Shown one piece after another: positions 63,702 to 64,000 of a DNA stretch of 64,000 bases (positions within the stretch are counted from its first letter, which is position 1; every line of letters starts with the position of its first letter). The position numbers and the translations under genes are program-made. The notes below the pieces were generated by a model. The model was not told the DNA's origin and ran no database searches. It saw only the letters and a list, made by a program, of their open reading frames with translations. This DNA is from an uncultured Azospirillum sp. Lineage in GTDB: Bacteria; Pseudomonadota; Alphaproteobacteria; RF32; CAG-239. The stretch lies in contig CABUBU010000002.1 in NCBI GenBank assembly GCA_902489795.1, forward strand, positions 13,207 to 77,206, given 5' to 3'.

Positions 63702-64000
63702 ATGGATGAAAAGTTGCGCGAACTGGCCGACCGCCTGGGCATTGTCACCGCTTACACCGATTGCGGGTTGAAAGCCGCCTGCCATGAGGTGAGCGACGAA
63801 ACGGTGCGTTTTTTTGCCGGCATTTTAGGGTATAAGGCCGGCAGCGACGAAGAAATTGTCCGTTCTATTCGCGCTTTGGACAACCGCCGCTGGCAGACGG
63901 CGTTGGAACCCGTTTACGTTATTTCTCAAAACCGCAGGGTTTTTGACGTTGTGGTTCCCGAAAGCGAAATTGAAGGCGATTTTGGTCTTTTTCTAATCAA
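63702..64000 (+). CDS. malQ: 4-alpha-glucanotransferase (amylomaltase), 5' partial, runs off the window
   Basis: ATG at 63702, 12 nt after the glgX stop. The N-terminus MDEKLRELADRLGIVTAYTDCGLKA... resembles proteobacterial MalQ N-terminal domains, and the glgB-glgX-malQ context fits. Confidence 0.6.
   Translation, partial: MDEKLRELADRLGIVTAYTDCGLKAACHEVSDETVRFFAGILGYKAGSDEEIVRSIRALDNRRWQTALEPVYVISQNRRVFDVVVPESEIEGDFGLFLI

Overview
This 64-kb chromosomal window reads as an alphaproteobacterium of moderate-to-high GC. Two things support that: tolC / DUF2497 (PopZ-like) / valS synteny, and direct-repeat GTTC-N7-GTTC SOS boxes in front of lexA. About two thirds is ordinary core genome: a TetR-HlyD-ABC efflux operon, trpS, serS, dnaE, pepF, valS, lysS, lexA, a YibQ-type deacetylase, tRNA-Leu(CAA), and glycogen genes (glgP; glgB-glgX-malQ). 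Interspersed are accessory genes with a host-interaction flavour: a 1254-aa PcfJ-like + leucine-rich-repeat protein, a MORN/YwqK protein, two DUF1796 papain-like paralogs, an orphan VirB8-like protein beside a TolC-like/cadherin-domain lipoprotein, and a 706-aa orphan next to lexA. The stand-out is a visibly AT-richer island at about 13.3-20.3 kb. There, a DUF2778/Tlde1-type L,D-transpeptidase-fold toxin gene sits inside a same-strand array of eight small 3-4-TM membrane-protein paralogs, one of them inactivated by a single TGG->TGA change. Three paralogs carry a duplicated module of promoter + leader + first ~35 codons; two copies are near-identical and the third is more diverged. Each module contains an alphaproteobacterial LexA box. 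This predicts an SOS-controlled toxin/membrane-protein system that I cannot map to a described one. Other oddities: tandem arrays that re-copy the 3' ends of two genes (158 bp x3 after the LRR gene; ~108 bp x3.3 at a 190-aa gene); a ~170-bp polypyrimidine tract plus a (CTCCTT)n microsatellite; intrinsic terminators placed directly in front of start codons; and an attenuator-like leader with a 39-codon uORF. Many long ORFs in the six-frame track are antisense shadows of real genes and are not reported. All domain calls rest on motif recognition by eye; no database search was run.
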